64,000 nt of DNA from Acidobacteriota bacterium (GTDB lineage: Bacteria > Acidobacteriota > UBA6911 > RPQK01 > JADFOI01): positions 3,232,001-3,296,000 of the forward strand of contig OY760074.1 of the NCBI GenBank assembly GCA_963663035.1. The letters are read 5' to 3'. The notes under the pieces are model-generated. The model searched no databases. It saw only the letters and a list, made by a program, of their open reading frames with translations, and was not told the origin of the DNA. Numbering within the stretch: position 1 is the first letter of the stretch; each line of letters begins with the position of its first letter. Of this stretch, positions 1-9,526 are shown one piece after another. Position numbers and translations under genes: made by a program.

Positions 1-194
1 TCTCCAGCATCCTCTGAGACAAAGATCTGGCCATCTGATGTCCCCAGAAAAAAGGTCTCCGGTCGGTCTGGATGCACTGCCAGAGACCGAACGTCACCAC
101 CATAGGGGCCAAGAGCTGTGGCCGCCGGTTGGGCCCAGCCCCAGGAGCTGAAGGCCACCATGAGGAAGCAGAGAAACAAAACAAAAATTCGCAT
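1..194 (-). CDS. Secreted beta-propeller protein (BNR/Asp-box, Ycf48-like); 5' part only, runs off the window
   Basis: Manual translation from ATG at 194: MRIFVLFLCFLMVAFSSWGWAQPAATALGPYGGDVRSLAVHPDRPETFFLGTSDGQIFVSEDAG. Signal peptide, GPxGG.V.SLAVHP and SxDxG motifs. Confidence 0.75.
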   Translation of the reverse strand, partial: MRIFVLFLCFLMVAFSSWGWAQPAATALGPYGGDVRSLAVHPDRPETFFLGTSDGQIFVSEDAG

Positions 195-285
195 GTTAAT
201 CCCTTTTATTCTACCCAATTACAGGATGAAATGTCTTCTGTTCATGATTTCGTGCTTCACGCCAGCGCCTAAGTTGTTCAGCAGT

Positions 286-1536
286 CTACCTGTTCTCAAC
301 CGTGATCTCGGTTGAACAGGAAGCTGTGCGTTCTCCGTCACCGACCTCGGCTGTCACCGTATACTTTCCGGCCTGCAGTCCGGTGGAGTCAAAGACCACT
401 GTGGTGCCTTGCTGGGAAATGTGCCCGCTGTTGGTTCTCCACGTGAGGCTCAAGAAGCTGTCATCAGAATCTGTAATCTGAACCCGAACAGTAGCCGAAT
501 CTCCCTCTGTGACAATGGTTTGCTCTGGATCGCACCGAATCGTGGGAGCTCGATTGATCTTTCGATGGAAGGCTATTTGAAAGAACCACCCAGATCGGTC
601 GGTGGACTGAATGTCAAAATTCGGCAGATCCGAATTAATAGAGCGAAGGTTGATGTTGTATGCAGCGGACAGAGACATCCATTTTGAGGATGAGATCTGC
701 ACTCCAAGGTAGAGATCCAACGGCGATTTTGGATTGGCTCCTGTCTCTCCTTCGCCGACGAAGAGACTGCCTACCAGTTCTACAATGGTGCGAATGCGTC
801 CTGTGCCGATGGGCAGCGCAGAACCGACTCCGTAGTTGTGCCGGTCTTGCAGATGGATGTCCTGTGAGCTGCCTGCAAAGAGATAGCCGTAGTTTGCGGT
901 GAAGGTTCCCCCTCGAGGCAATTCCTTAGACAGAATCAGATCGAAACCGGCTTCGAGAGCACCGTTTGTCAAACCCCGCAAAAGGCGGCTCCGGCTGTCT
1001 GAGAGTGGAACCTTGATCACTGGCTGAATGGCCAGGCCAAGGGGGGCACCCTGTAGCTCGGAAAGGAGGTTGATTTTAGTCCCGCTCCAGAGTTCCCCTG
1101 AGCCTTCACCGGAGCCAACGTCCAAGAACGGTGCATCATTGAAGAAGCCCACCGTGCCGAGATTGTTGTCCAGGCGCGCGGGAACGATGGGAGCGCCAGC
1201 CGCGATCTTGTCGACTCTAATGGCATCGGCATTGACTTTCCGGTGGGCTTCCCAGGAAACAAAGAACTCGACGCGATCATGCAGGCCCACAGTGAGTGAA
1301 ACTGGAAACAGAGTGAAGTCGAGATCTCCTGGCTCTCGATTGAAATGGGTGAGGTTCAGGCCAAGACTGAGTTCACCCTGGCGCAGGGAATCAGCCACAA
1401 AGAGATTGAACAGGCCAGTCGACCCCTTTGCGCTGGGCGTCAGTTGTTTGATTCTTTCTCTGTTGCGGGCAGCACCTGTGGTGATGACAAAGAATGCCAG
1501 AGCAGAGAAAATGAGAAGTTGTCTCAGCCGAACCAT
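286..1536 (-). CDS. Outer-membrane beta-barrel protein with C-terminal PKD/Ig-like domain
   Basis: Signal peptide, GSTGLF motif, amphipathic beta strands, then NRAPT...DSDD..L...W...G.YTVTAEV.DG (PKD-like). Confidence 0.7.
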   Translation of the reverse strand: MVRLRQLLIFSALAFFVITTGAARNRERIKQLTPSAKGSTGLFNLFVADSLRQGELSLGLNLTHFNREPGDLDFTLFPVSLTVGLHDRVEFFVSWEAHRKVNADAIRVDKIAAGAPIVPARLDNNLGTVGFFNDAPFLDVGSGEGSGELWSGTKINLLSELQGAPLGLAIQPVIKVPLSDSRSRLLRGLTNGALEAGFDLILSKELPRGGTFTANYGYLFAGSSQDIHLQDRHNYGVGSALPIGTGRIRTIVELVGSLFVGEGETGANPKSPLDLYLGVQISSSKWMSLSAAYNINLRSINSDLPNFDIQSTDRSGWFFQIAFHRKINRAPTIRCDPEQTIVTEGDSATVRVQITDSDDSFLSLTWRTNSGHISQQGTTVVFDSTGLQAGKYTVTAEVGDGERTASCSTEITVENR

Positions 1537-1680
1537 GCGTACTTCCTCATCGTGAGAGTGATTCCGGGCTCATTATACTCAGAGACACTATGTTCTCAAT
1601 TTATCATGCAGTTGTCGTAGAATGTGTGTTCTATGGAATCATCAGAGGCTCTGACTGGGGCTGGGAAAGGAGGGGATTTC

Positions 1681-2439
1681 ATGAGCCGTTTCCTGGCCCT
1701 CTTCGAGGTCCTTTTAGTGGCTCTGGCAGGACAGTTTCTCATCCAGCTGGGATTCATGGTTTTCAACATAGGCCCCTCTCAGCTTCTGGGTGACACTCGG
1801 ATTCTCTTTATATCTCTGGCTTCAGAAGCCTGTATTTCCCTGGCTCTCATAGCCCTGTTTTTGCGATCTCGGGGCCAAAGCCTGCGCACAATCGGTTGGA
1901 TTTGGGAGAAAAGTGGCCGCGAAGCCTTATTGGGAATCAGTTGTGTTCCCTTCCTTTTCGCCTCCACCTTTTTGGTGGGCATCTTTTTCACCTTCGTCTT
2001 ACCCCAATATGTTTCCACCACTAACCCGCTGTTGGAGTCGGTAAAGGGCTATGGGGCCCTGATTACCCTTCTAGTCACCAGCATTCTTGTGGGGGGAATT
2101 AAGGAAGAGATCCAGCGAGCTTTTATCCTGGATCGGTTTGAGCGTTATTTAGGACCAGTCTTTCTCACATTGTTCTTCACAATCTTCGGTCATAAGAGGG
2201 TAGCTGATGAACAGGCCGGTCGTACGCTGGGGCTCATTGTGGGACTGATCTTGTGGAGCTTGTTCTTCGCCTTGGGACACGCTCTCCAAGGAGTCGATAG
2301 CGCGGCCGGAGCGGGGATTCTTGGACTCTGCTTTGGCCTTCTTTACATTTGGCGCCGGAATCTCGTAGCCCCAATGCTTGCCCATGCCCTTTTTGATGTG
2401 ACAACCTTGCTCGCCTTTTGGTTCTTCGTTAGAAATTAG
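1681..2439 (+). CDS. CPBP family intramembrane glutamic endopeptidase (CAAX protease-like)
   Basis: EEIQRAF, FALGH and HALFD motifs; multiple TM segments; GGAGGGG RBS before ATG 1681. Confidence 0.88.
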   Translation: MSRFLALFEVLLVALAGQFLIQLGFMVFNIGPSQLLGDTRILFISLASEACISLALIALFLRSRGQSLRTIGWIWEKSGREALLGISCVPFLFASTFLVGIFFTFVLPQYVSTTNPLLESVKGYGALITLLVTSILVGGIKEEIQRAFILDRFERYLGPVFLTLFFTIFGHKRVADEQAGRTLGLIVGLILWSLFFALGHALQGVDSAAGAGILGLCFGLLYIWRRNLVAPMLAHALFDVTTLLAFWFFVRN

Positions 2440-3192
2440 CTACTCTCTGAGGATCTCTTCCAATCTCTCGAGAGTCTTTCCAGCAGCCCTTTGCTGAGCT
2501 TCTTTTTTCGTTCTGCCGCTGGCCTTGCCCCAGCATTTGCCGCGAATATGAACCTCGACGACAAACTTTTTGCTGTGATCTGGCCCCAGTTCCTCCACCA
2601 CTCGATAGTTCGGTTCCGTCAATCCTCGAGCATGCAATTTTTCTTGTAGCAGGGACTTGCCGTCTTGAAAATCCAGTTTCTCCTGGGCGAGCTTCTCGAG
2701 CCGGGAGCCAAAACGCCAGAGAACAAAGCGACGAGCAGGCTCCAGTCCTCCATCCAGATAGATGGCGGCAACCAGGCTTTCAAAAAGATCTGCCCGAAGG
2801 CCCTCTTTTTTCCTCCCCCCTGTTTTCTCTTCGCCGCGGCCCAGCCTCAGAAAGGCTCCCAAATCCAACTCCCCAGAGAGAGAAGCTAAATAGTTGGCCG
2901 AGACAAGAAAGGATCTGATCTTTGAAAGCGCTCCTTCGTTCAGTGATGGATGGGTTCGAAACAGATGTTCGCTGATGAGATAGCCGAGTATGCTGTCACC
3001 CAGAAATTCGAGAACTTCGTAACTCTCTGTAGTCTCTCCCTCTAAACTCGATTTTTGCTCGTTGATAAAAGAAGTGTGGGTGAGTGCCCGCTCTAAAAGT
3101 TGCCGATTGGTGAAGGAGTATCCGAGTCGGGTTTCCAGCTCCTGCAACTCTTTGAGCCTGGCGGAAGGTTTACCAGGATTGGTCTTTCCCAT
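2440..3192 (-). CDS. rnc: Ribonuclease III
   Basis: ALTHTS, ExLEFLGD signature, ADLFESLVAAIYLDGG, C-terminal dsRBD (GPDH...KKEAQQRAA). Confidence 0.97.
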   Translation of the reverse strand: MGKTNPGKPSARLKELQELETRLGYSFTNRQLLERALTHTSFINEQKSSLEGETTESYEVLEFLGDSILGYLISEHLFRTHPSLNEGALSKIRSFLVSANYLASLSGELDLGAFLRLGRGEEKTGGRKKEGLRADLFESLVAAIYLDGGLEPARRFVLWRFGSRLEKLAQEKLDFQDGKSLLQEKLHARGLTEPNYRVVEELGPDHSKKFVVEVHIRGKCWGKASGRTKKEAQQRAAGKTLERLEEILRE

Positions 3193-3242
3193 GGGGAGAG
3201 GGTATTGAAAGACCCCTCAAAGTTTCAAGGAACCAGCTGATA

Positions 3243-4652
3243 TTAATAGTTCTGCTGAGGGGTCTGTGGTCGCTCCCGCGGTTGCTGCTGCTGTTCCTGT
3301 TGCTGCTGCAGTAGCTGTTCCTGCTCCTCCAGTTGGCGCTGCAACCTTTGCTCTTCCTCCGCCTCCAGCTGCTGGATGTGTGCTTCTCTCTCAGCGAGTT
3401 TCTGGTCAATAAAGTCACGCTGCTCTTGTGTTATCTGCCCGATGCCTTCTACATCTCTGCCGAGAGCTGCATAGACTCTCTCCAGCATCTGGGCAGCCAG
3501 CTCCGACGAGATGCCGTTGGAGGCTACGGCTCGGGCGTAACTTCGGACGGAATTCTCGGCGTCATCCAACCTGGCGTAAGCGTCGCCCAGCCGGAAGTAA
3601 GCTCGATCGTACTCGGGCTCCGACTCTGCCGCATTTTCGAGGTATTCGACTGATCTTTCTAAAGTGAACTTCGGGTCTCCTGCCATGGTCAGTGATTTCT
3701 TCAGATAAGCCAATCCCTGAGCGTAGTTGGCATCAGCCACAGCTCGATCTCTCAGCCTTACCCATGAACCAACCGGGTCATCGGCAGGTTTCTCTGTTGT
3801 CTCCAGGATTTCCAGCCCCTCTAGGGAGTAGTCGATCGCTCTGTTATTTTCACCTTGCTCGGCAAGGACCAGAGCCAGCATAGGACGTAATTCGAAGTCA
3901 TCCGGACTCAATGCGAGAGCTTTCTCAGCGTGCAGGACGACATTGTCAAAGTCGTTGAGTTGCCGGTAGGAGATCGACAAACGCTTGTGAACAGTGGCGG
4001 CCAGTGCGCTTTCAGGAAACTGGGCCAGGAAGTCTTGTCCCAAGCCAATCACTTCTTCAGGCACGTTCGTCTGGGTTATCACTGCTTCCCAGGCAGTCAG
4101 TTCGGCGTCGAAGAAGGTTACCGTCTCGAGTGCCTGCAACACCTCCTCGACCTCCTCTTCGGACTTACCGAGAGCCGTAATGCTAAGGAGTGAGTCTTCC
4201 CCTACGGCAGCTAGCAGAGACTGGTATGTCCTGTCCCTGCGCCCGCCACTGCGGAAGTCCATGCGGTAAAACAGGGTGTCGGAGTAAGTGACCTGACGCG
4301 TATCGCCCCGCTGCTCAAAATCCTGTTCCTCCATTTCGGCCCTAACGTTGGCCAGATAGCCCTGTCCGGTCTGCATGACCTGGTTCATGAATTCGTCGTT
4401 GGACAGGTCTCCGGAGAACACCACCATCCCTGGAAGGTCAGAGTTTGAGGGCGAACCTCTCAAAGTTGTTCCTACCTGACCCTCTACCTCGCGCACGGCC
4501 CAGTTTTCCGGGAATTGGATCGTGAACCCAAGACTCGTGTTGGTGTATAGATTATCTTCGATTAGGAAGCCAACAGACTGCTGGGGAGCAGCTGGGAGCC
4601 ACAGCACTGAAGCGAGTGCTGCCGATGTCAATCCAGATATGAGATGCTTCAT
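3243..4652 (-). CDS. Secreted TPR protein with N-terminal PsbP-like region and Gln-rich tail
   Basis: GGAGGG RBS before ATG 4652; signal peptide; TPR-like helices (AYFRLGDAYARL); poly-Q C-terminus. Confidence 0.75.
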   Translation of the reverse strand: MKHLISGLTSAALASVLWLPAAPQQSVGFLIEDNLYTNTSLGFTIQFPENWAVREVEGQVGTTLRGSPSNSDLPGMVVFSGDLSNDEFMNQVMQTGQGYLANVRAEMEEQDFEQRGDTRQVTYSDTLFYRMDFRSGGRRDRTYQSLLAAVGEDSLLSITALGKSEEEVEEVLQALETVTFFDAELTAWEAVITQTNVPEEVIGLGQDFLAQFPESALAATVHKRLSISYRQLNDFDNVVLHAEKALALSPDDFELRPMLALVLAEQGENNRAIDYSLEGLEILETTEKPADDPVGSWVRLRDRAVADANYAQGLAYLKKSLTMAGDPKFTLERSVEYLENAAESEPEYDRAYFRLGDAYARLDDAENSVRSYARAVASNGISSELAAQMLERVYAALGRDVEGIGQITQEQRDFIDQKLAEREAHIQQLEAEEEQRLQRQLEEQEQLLQQQQEQQQQPRERPQTPQQNY

Positions 4653-4746
4653 TTTACCCTCCAATATTTCGTCTCCAAAATCATTGATTCGACTGTTGTA
4701 TTTGACCGTTGAAGAATTCTGACACAAAAAAGAGAACGATGAAAGC

Positions 4747-6294
4747 TCAAGGCAACTGCTCGATAGATTCTTGAGCCTCCTCTTTGGCCCCTTGTAAATC
4801 GCCTTCCATTTCCAGGACCTGATCAAAGGAAGTTCGAGCCTCGCCAAATTGGCCTTGGAAGGCGTGGTAATTCCCGATCCGAGCTAGGGACCAGGCCCGA
4901 ACCCAATCGGGAACGCCAGGGGAACTGGCGGCCCGGCTATAGTGCCGGAAGGCTTGTTCGTACTGGTCCCTCTGAGAAGCGATTTGAGCGAGATAAAAGT
5001 AAGCATTTCCATTCTCGGGATCCTCTTCCAAGAGGCTCGCGAGGCGTTCACTTGCAGCTTGATACTCACTGTTCGAGAGTAGGACCGCTGCTTGATTCAG
5101 GAGGGAACTCACCCGGTTGCGCTGATCGACTTCCTCCTGAAGCCTCCTTTGGTTATCAGCCTGCTCTGCCTGCTCCAGCATCAGCTCATCTTCAAGAGCT
5201 GCAATGGTTTTGGCATCTTCCTCAATCTGTGACGGGTGGATGTCCTGAAAGAGGGTTTCCACATAAGACGGAAATGAAATCAGCTCCGTTTGCTCGTATT
5301 GCCTGAGACCTCGCTGGAAGTAAGGCACAAAAATAAAGCCTTGACGAAACAGGTTGACCACTTCGCGGTCGGGGTCCTCCGGAGGGTGAAGCCTTAAGAG
5401 AATACTTTCGATCAAGGACTCTGCCACCAGTAGAAAATATTTGTTCTGATACTGCTCTTGCAGCCGCGGTTGTCTCTGGGCAAGCTCCAGAAGATCACCG
5501 TGCTCCAGTAGCAGGAGTCCAAACTTTTCCACCAAGGGATCGATCAGAAAATGGAGGTACCCGTGTTGGAGTTGATGATGATTCTCTGCCGCGTTGTCTG
5601 TAGGACCAACCACAATGGAGTAGACCCTCTCCAGGCCGCGGGCATTGACCATAGTCTTAGCGTTGAGGAGGTCTGGAATGAGGACAATTTTCCGGTCAAG
5701 GACAAATCGCGGCGGAATCCGAAAATATTGCAAAGTTTGCTGGATCAGCTCTCTCAGAACCGGCCGATAGGCTGTCAGCTCGTCCGAATAGGCTGGTTGA
5801 TAGCGTTGCCACAAGGTCGCGACACCTGCCTTTTGGTAAAATTCCTGGACAAGAGTCTCAAATCCTCGTACCTGCCAGGCATCCGCTGGCATGTCTTCCG
5901 CGTTCACGGTCAGCTGGAAGTCAGGCGGTCCTGACATCAACAGAGCCAGGGAGACATACGCCACCTGGTCGGCGCTCCTGTCGCTGCCCAGCCGATGGCC
6001 ATTGTAGAATGTTCGAAGCCGCTCCAGGAGGCCGGGATCTGTCTGTTGAAGTTCTTGCCGGAGAGCCTGGCGGACCTGGGACATCTCCCTTCCCGGGGTC
6101 TCATAGTTAAACCCGGCGGCGTTCAGGGCCGCCAAAACGGTGAAGATGCGAACGTCAACCGTGAGCTCCATGTTGACGAGATCTGCCAGCGAGTCCGAAG
6201 TCTGAGCAGTGAGCACTGACAACTGACAGCTGAGGGTTGCCCACAGACAGCCGACCAGAAGCAGTTTGTCGATTCGAAAAGCTGTTTTCATCAC
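4747..6294 (-). CDS. Secreted TPR-containing protein
   Basis: 515-aa ORF with signal peptide and C-terminal TPRs (NAYFYLAQIAS, WSLARIGNYH). Confidence 0.75.
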   Translation of the reverse strand: MMKTAFRIDKLLLVGCLWATLSCQLSVLTAQTSDSLADLVNMELTVDVRIFTVLAALNAAGFNYETPGREMSQVRQALRQELQQTDPGLLERLRTFYNGHRLGSDRSADQVAYVSLALLMSGPPDFQLTVNAEDMPADAWQVRGFETLVQEFYQKAGVATLWQRYQPAYSDELTAYRPVLRELIQQTLQYFRIPPRFVLDRKIVLIPDLLNAKTMVNARGLERVYSIVVGPTDNAAENHHQLQHGYLHFLIDPLVEKFGLLLLEHGDLLELAQRQPRLQEQYQNKYFLLVAESLIESILLRLHPPEDPDREVVNLFRQGFIFVPYFQRGLRQYEQTELISFPSYVETLFQDIHPSQIEEDAKTIAALEDELMLEQAEQADNQRRLQEEVDQRNRVSSLLNQAAVLLSNSEYQAASERLASLLEEDPENGNAYFYLAQIASQRDQYEQAFRHYSRAASSPGVPDWVRAWSLARIGNYHAFQGQFGEARTSFDQVLEMEGDLQGAKEEAQESIEQLP

Positions 6295-6324
6295 AAAGGC
6301 GTACGCTTATTTTAGCACGGACTT

Positions 6325-7368
6325 TCAACCGTACGGTTTGCTTCTGAAGTGATCAAACCCTCCCGATTCACAGCTTTCTCGTTCGTTCCCTCGCTTGAGG
6401 TACACACCAGGCTCCCCATGGGAGAGGCGGCCGATAACCCGGAAGGGCGGAAACTCGCTTGGGAAGTTTGAACTCAGCCGCTCCATTTGTTTCTTTGAAG
6501 CTGTAAAGAGCAAGGCGTAGTCTTCTCCGCCATTCAGTGCTGCTTCCAGTCTGTTGACCTCACCAATGCTTCCTTCGGGTAAAGGCAATTGGTCCAGATC
6601 AATTTCTGCCGTCAATTGGCTTTGCTGGACAATCTGAAGCAGGTCAGAAGAGAGTCCGTCGCTGATGTCAATCATGGCATTGGCCACTCGATTTTCGGAC
6701 AACCAGCTACCAACTTGAACCAGGGCTTGGGGTAAGAAATGGGCTTTGAGACAGCGATATCGAAAGTCCTCTCCTGCCCACTGGGCCAGAGAATCTTCGT
6801 TGTCTACCTTCCAGAGCTCAGAGGAACCTTCCCTGCGGAGGATCTCAAGGCCCAGTCGAGAAAGCCCGATTTCTCCTATTAATACCAGTGCGTCCCCATC
6901 CTGTGCCTTGGAACGCCAAACGGGACGACCGGTTTCGAAGAAGCCCCAGGTCGTCACGCTTACAAAGATGCTGGCACTTTGCGACAGATCTCCTCCGATC
7001 AGTGGGGTATTCCATCGAGTTCCCTCCTCCAGGAGTCCCTTCATGAAGGAGTGAAAGTAGCTTTGGGGGAGGTCTGCAGGTAAAGCCAAACCCAGCAGGC
7101 AGGCGTAAGGTCGAGCACCTACGGCAGCCAAATCACTGAGATTCACCAACAGAGACTTTCGGCCCAGGAAATAGGGACTGATCCAGTGGCGCCGGAAGTG
7201 TACGTCTTCCAAGAGCATATCTGTGGTGATGGCCAGGTTGGATTTGGGAGGGGGATCAAAGACAGCACAATCATCTCCAATGTGTTTAATCATCGACGAG
7301 GGAAAACTTTGAGAACGGTCCCGAAGCCAATCAGTCAGGTCCCTCTCACAAAGTTTGCTCATCTTCAT
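6325..7368 (-). CDS. thiL: Thiamine-monophosphate kinase
   Basis: IGDDCAV, TTDMLLEDVHF, NLSDLAAVGA, GGD, DISDGL and GGEDYALLFT motifs. Confidence 0.96.
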   Translation of the reverse strand: MKMSKLCERDLTDWLRDRSQSFPSSMIKHIGDDCAVFDPPPKSNLAITTDMLLEDVHFRRHWISPYFLGRKSLLVNLSDLAAVGARPYACLLGLALPADLPQSYFHSFMKGLLEEGTRWNTPLIGGDLSQSASIFVSVTTWGFFETGRPVWRSKAQDGDALVLIGEIGLSRLGLEILRREGSSELWKVDNEDSLAQWAGEDFRYRCLKAHFLPQALVQVGSWLSENRVANAMIDISDGLSSDLLQIVQQSQLTAEIDLDQLPLPEGSIGEVNRLEAALNGGEDYALLFTASKKQMERLSSNFPSEFPPFRVIGRLSHGEPGVYLKRGNERESCESGGFDHFRSKPYG

Positions 7369-7414
7369 TGGATCGCCTAGTTATCAAGGGTTGCTTTATG
7401 GAAAAACGGGGCAC

Positions 7415-7864
7415 TTACTCAAGAAGTGGGTTGATCTCCTGTATAAACTCTCTCAAGTCTTCGAATTCAAGATACACTGAAGCAAACCGCACGTAGGCGA
7501 CCTTGTCAGCCTCCTTAAGACGCTTCAAGACATAGTCACCAATCACCTTTGAGGTGAGTTCGCGATCCGGCGTTTCCAGAAAACGCTGCTCCACCACATC
7601 CGCGATTTCTTCCAGGTGACGGGTAGGCACTGGTCTCTTTTCGCAGGCTCTCAGGAGTCCTTGACTCAGCTTCGAGCGGTCAAATCTCTCCCGTCTTCCT
7701 CCCTTCTTGACCACCATGTAGGGGATGTCTTCCATTCTTTCGTAGGTGGTGAAACGGCGCTTGCAGTCCAGACATTCCCGTCGCCGGCGAATCACATTGC
7801 CTTCTTTACCTTCTCGGGAATCGACTACTCGATCCTTGCGATGATTACAAAATGGACAGCGCAT
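7415..7864 (-). CDS. nrdR: Transcriptional repressor NrdR
   Basis: MRCPFC...VVDSR...RRRRECLDC..RFTTYE zinc ribbon, ATP cone, VAYVRFASVY. Confidence 0.98.
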   Translation of the reverse strand: MRCPFCNHRKDRVVDSREGKEGNVIRRRRECLDCKRRFTTYERMEDIPYMVVKKGGRRERFDRSKLSQGLLRACEKRPVPTRHLEEIADVVEQRFLETPDRELTSKVIGDYVLKRLKEADKVAYVRFASVYLEFEDLREFIQEINPLLE

Positions 7865-7942
7865 GACAGATAGATATCATTTGAACTGTCAATGATGCTA
7901 TAAGATTCAGCGCGAATCGGAAAACTTTTTAATCCAGGAGTA

Positions 7943-8542
7943 GTGTTTGTGAGTGAAGGAAAGGCCGAACTACTCATCGCTTGTGCCTTAAAAAAAGAGT
8001 TAACCGCCCTACGCGGACGCCTTCAGGTCGATTGTCGGTTCTTGGTCACGGGTTTGGGCGCCCGTCGGACCAGGACAAACCTGGAAAAAAGTTTCCAATC
8101 GAATCTTCCTTCCCTTCTTATCTTTACTGGTACTGCCGGACAGCTGGATCCTTCCCTGAGAATTGGGCAGGTGATTTTCCCTGAAGAATGGTGTCTGAAG
8201 GATGGCTCCTGCTTCCCAGCGGATCCAGAGTTGACAGCCATGCTAAGAGGGTCTGGTGGCTGGGAAATTGCCGGGCGCGGACTCACTGTCTCCACTGCTG
8301 TCTTGCGAGCCAGATCGAGATTGGTACTTTATCGGAAGTCCGGGGCACGAATCTGTGACATGGAAAGTGCTGTTGCTCTGGAGGTTGCCTCCAGACACAA
8401 GGTTCCCTGTTTAGCTCCCAAGGTTGTTTCCGACACAGCCCAGTCAGGTATTGGTGCCTTCTGGAGGGAGTTTGATAGCAACATGGAGCAGCTGGCACAG
8501 TACCTGAACAAACTGGTGGGTTCACTAAAGCCGGAATTATGA
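7943..8542 (+). CDS. Nucleoside phosphorylase superfamily protein (MTA/SAH nucleosidase- or HpnG-like)
   Basis: ALKKE, TGLG, GTAGQL, DMESA and VVSD motifs. Last codons (KPEL-stop) lie in the end of repeat A1. Confidence 0.8.
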   Translation: MFVSEGKAELLIACALKKELTALRGRLQVDCRFLVTGLGARRTRTNLEKSFQSNLPSLLIFTGTAGQLDPSLRIGQVIFPEEWCLKDGSCFPADPELTAMLRGSGGWEIAGRGLTVSTAVLRARSRLVLYRKSGARICDMESAVALEVASRHKVPCLAPKVVSDTAQSGIGAFWREFDSNMEQLAQYLNKLVGSLKPEL

Positions 8543-8724
8543 ATAGGTTTTCGTGACGAAGTGCCGTAGGCGCCGGGATGACAAGGCGTGCGAGGGGTAC
8601 CCGCTTGCGGGTCGGGCGCCGCAGGCGTACTCATGCAGTACGCCGAGGAGCCCAAGGAAGCACAACGCAGTCAGCGTGGATGATTGCGGCACTGCAGTAG
8701 AAAACTTATGCATAATCCCGGCTA
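8528..8724 (-). repeat. Family A modular palindromic element, copy A1
   Basis: Ends AAGCCGGAATTATGAATA ... TATGCATAATCCCGGCTA; internal ACCCGC-TT-GCGGGT and CGTACT-CATGC-AGTACG palindromes; lies between convergent genes. Confidence 0.9.
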
Positions 8725-9486
8725 GGTGCTTAAGAAGAGGAAGTATTCTTGATTTCCTTTTCGCCCTTCCAGCGGAGAGGCCATTTCACCGAGAATGCTC
8801 AGCTCTTCACTGACAGCAAAGCGTTTCACCCGCTGCAGGATCTGCTCCTGGAGTTGTGTACTATTGATAATTCCTCCCGCCCCCACCTCCTCTCGACGAG
8901 CTTCAAATTGAGGCTTCACCAGAGCGATGACGTTGGTCCCAGGGAACTGCTTCAGACGGGGAAAGATCAGACGCAGAGAGATGAAGGCCAGGTCGACGGT
9001 AATCAGCTCAACCGGATCATCTACCATTGACCGGGTGAGATGACGAACGTTGAAGGAATCGCGAACCACCACTCGGGTATCCTGTTGCAGATTCCAGTGA
9101 AGTTGTCCACGACCCACGTCAAAAGCATAGACTTTCGCGGCCCCCTGTTGGAGCAGGCAGTCAGTAAATCCACCGGTTGAAGCACCCAGATCGAGACAGA
9201 CCTTCCCGTTGACCCGAACAGCGAATTGGCCCAGGGCAGCTTCCAGTTTGAAACCTGCTCGGGAGACATACTTTCGGTTTGCGAAGGTGCTCCGGATTGC
9301 AGCAGTGGAGTCGATGAGAGTTCCTGGTTTGTCGACTCGTTGCTCTTCTACCAGAATCACTCCACTCAAGATGATTGCAGCTGCACTCTTGCGATTCTCA
9401 GCCAGACCTCTCTCCACCAGAAGAGCATCAAGCCTACTCCTGGTTTTATGCTTTCTTCTGCTGTCGTGTTTTCGTTCTGTTGTCAG
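8722..9486 (-). CDS. tlyA: TlyA family rRNA 2'-O-methyltransferase/hemolysin
   Basis: RLDALLVERGL S4 start, YVSRAGFKL, DLGASTGGFTD, LVKPQFE, GNQEY. Frame is open upstream of GTG 9417 to about 9486; exact start uncertain. Confidence 0.93.
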   Translation of the reverse strand: MTTERKHDSRRKHKTRSRLDALLVERGLAENRKSAAAIILSGVILVEEQRVDKPGTLIDSTAAIRSTFANRKYVSRAGFKLEAALGQFAVRVNGKVCLDLGASTGGFTDCLLQQGAAKVYAFDVGRGQLHWNLQQDTRVVVRDSFNVRHLTRSMVDDPVELITVDLAFISLRLIFPRLKQFPGTNVIALVKPQFEARREEVGAGGIINSTQLQEQILQRVKRFAVSEELSILGEMASPLEGRKGNQEYFLFLST

Positions 9487-9526
9487 CTGCCTGAAGTCTC
9501 TTTGTCAGGTGTCAGTTGTCAGTTGT

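Noticed and set aside
3243-3360. CAG-rich poly-Gln tract as a contingency repeat
   Set aside because: Mixed CAG/CAA/GAA codons in frame; an ordinary low-complexity tail.
7943-8542. Calling the phosphorylase hpnG
   Set aside because: No hopanoid genes nearby; the motifs support only the superfamily.
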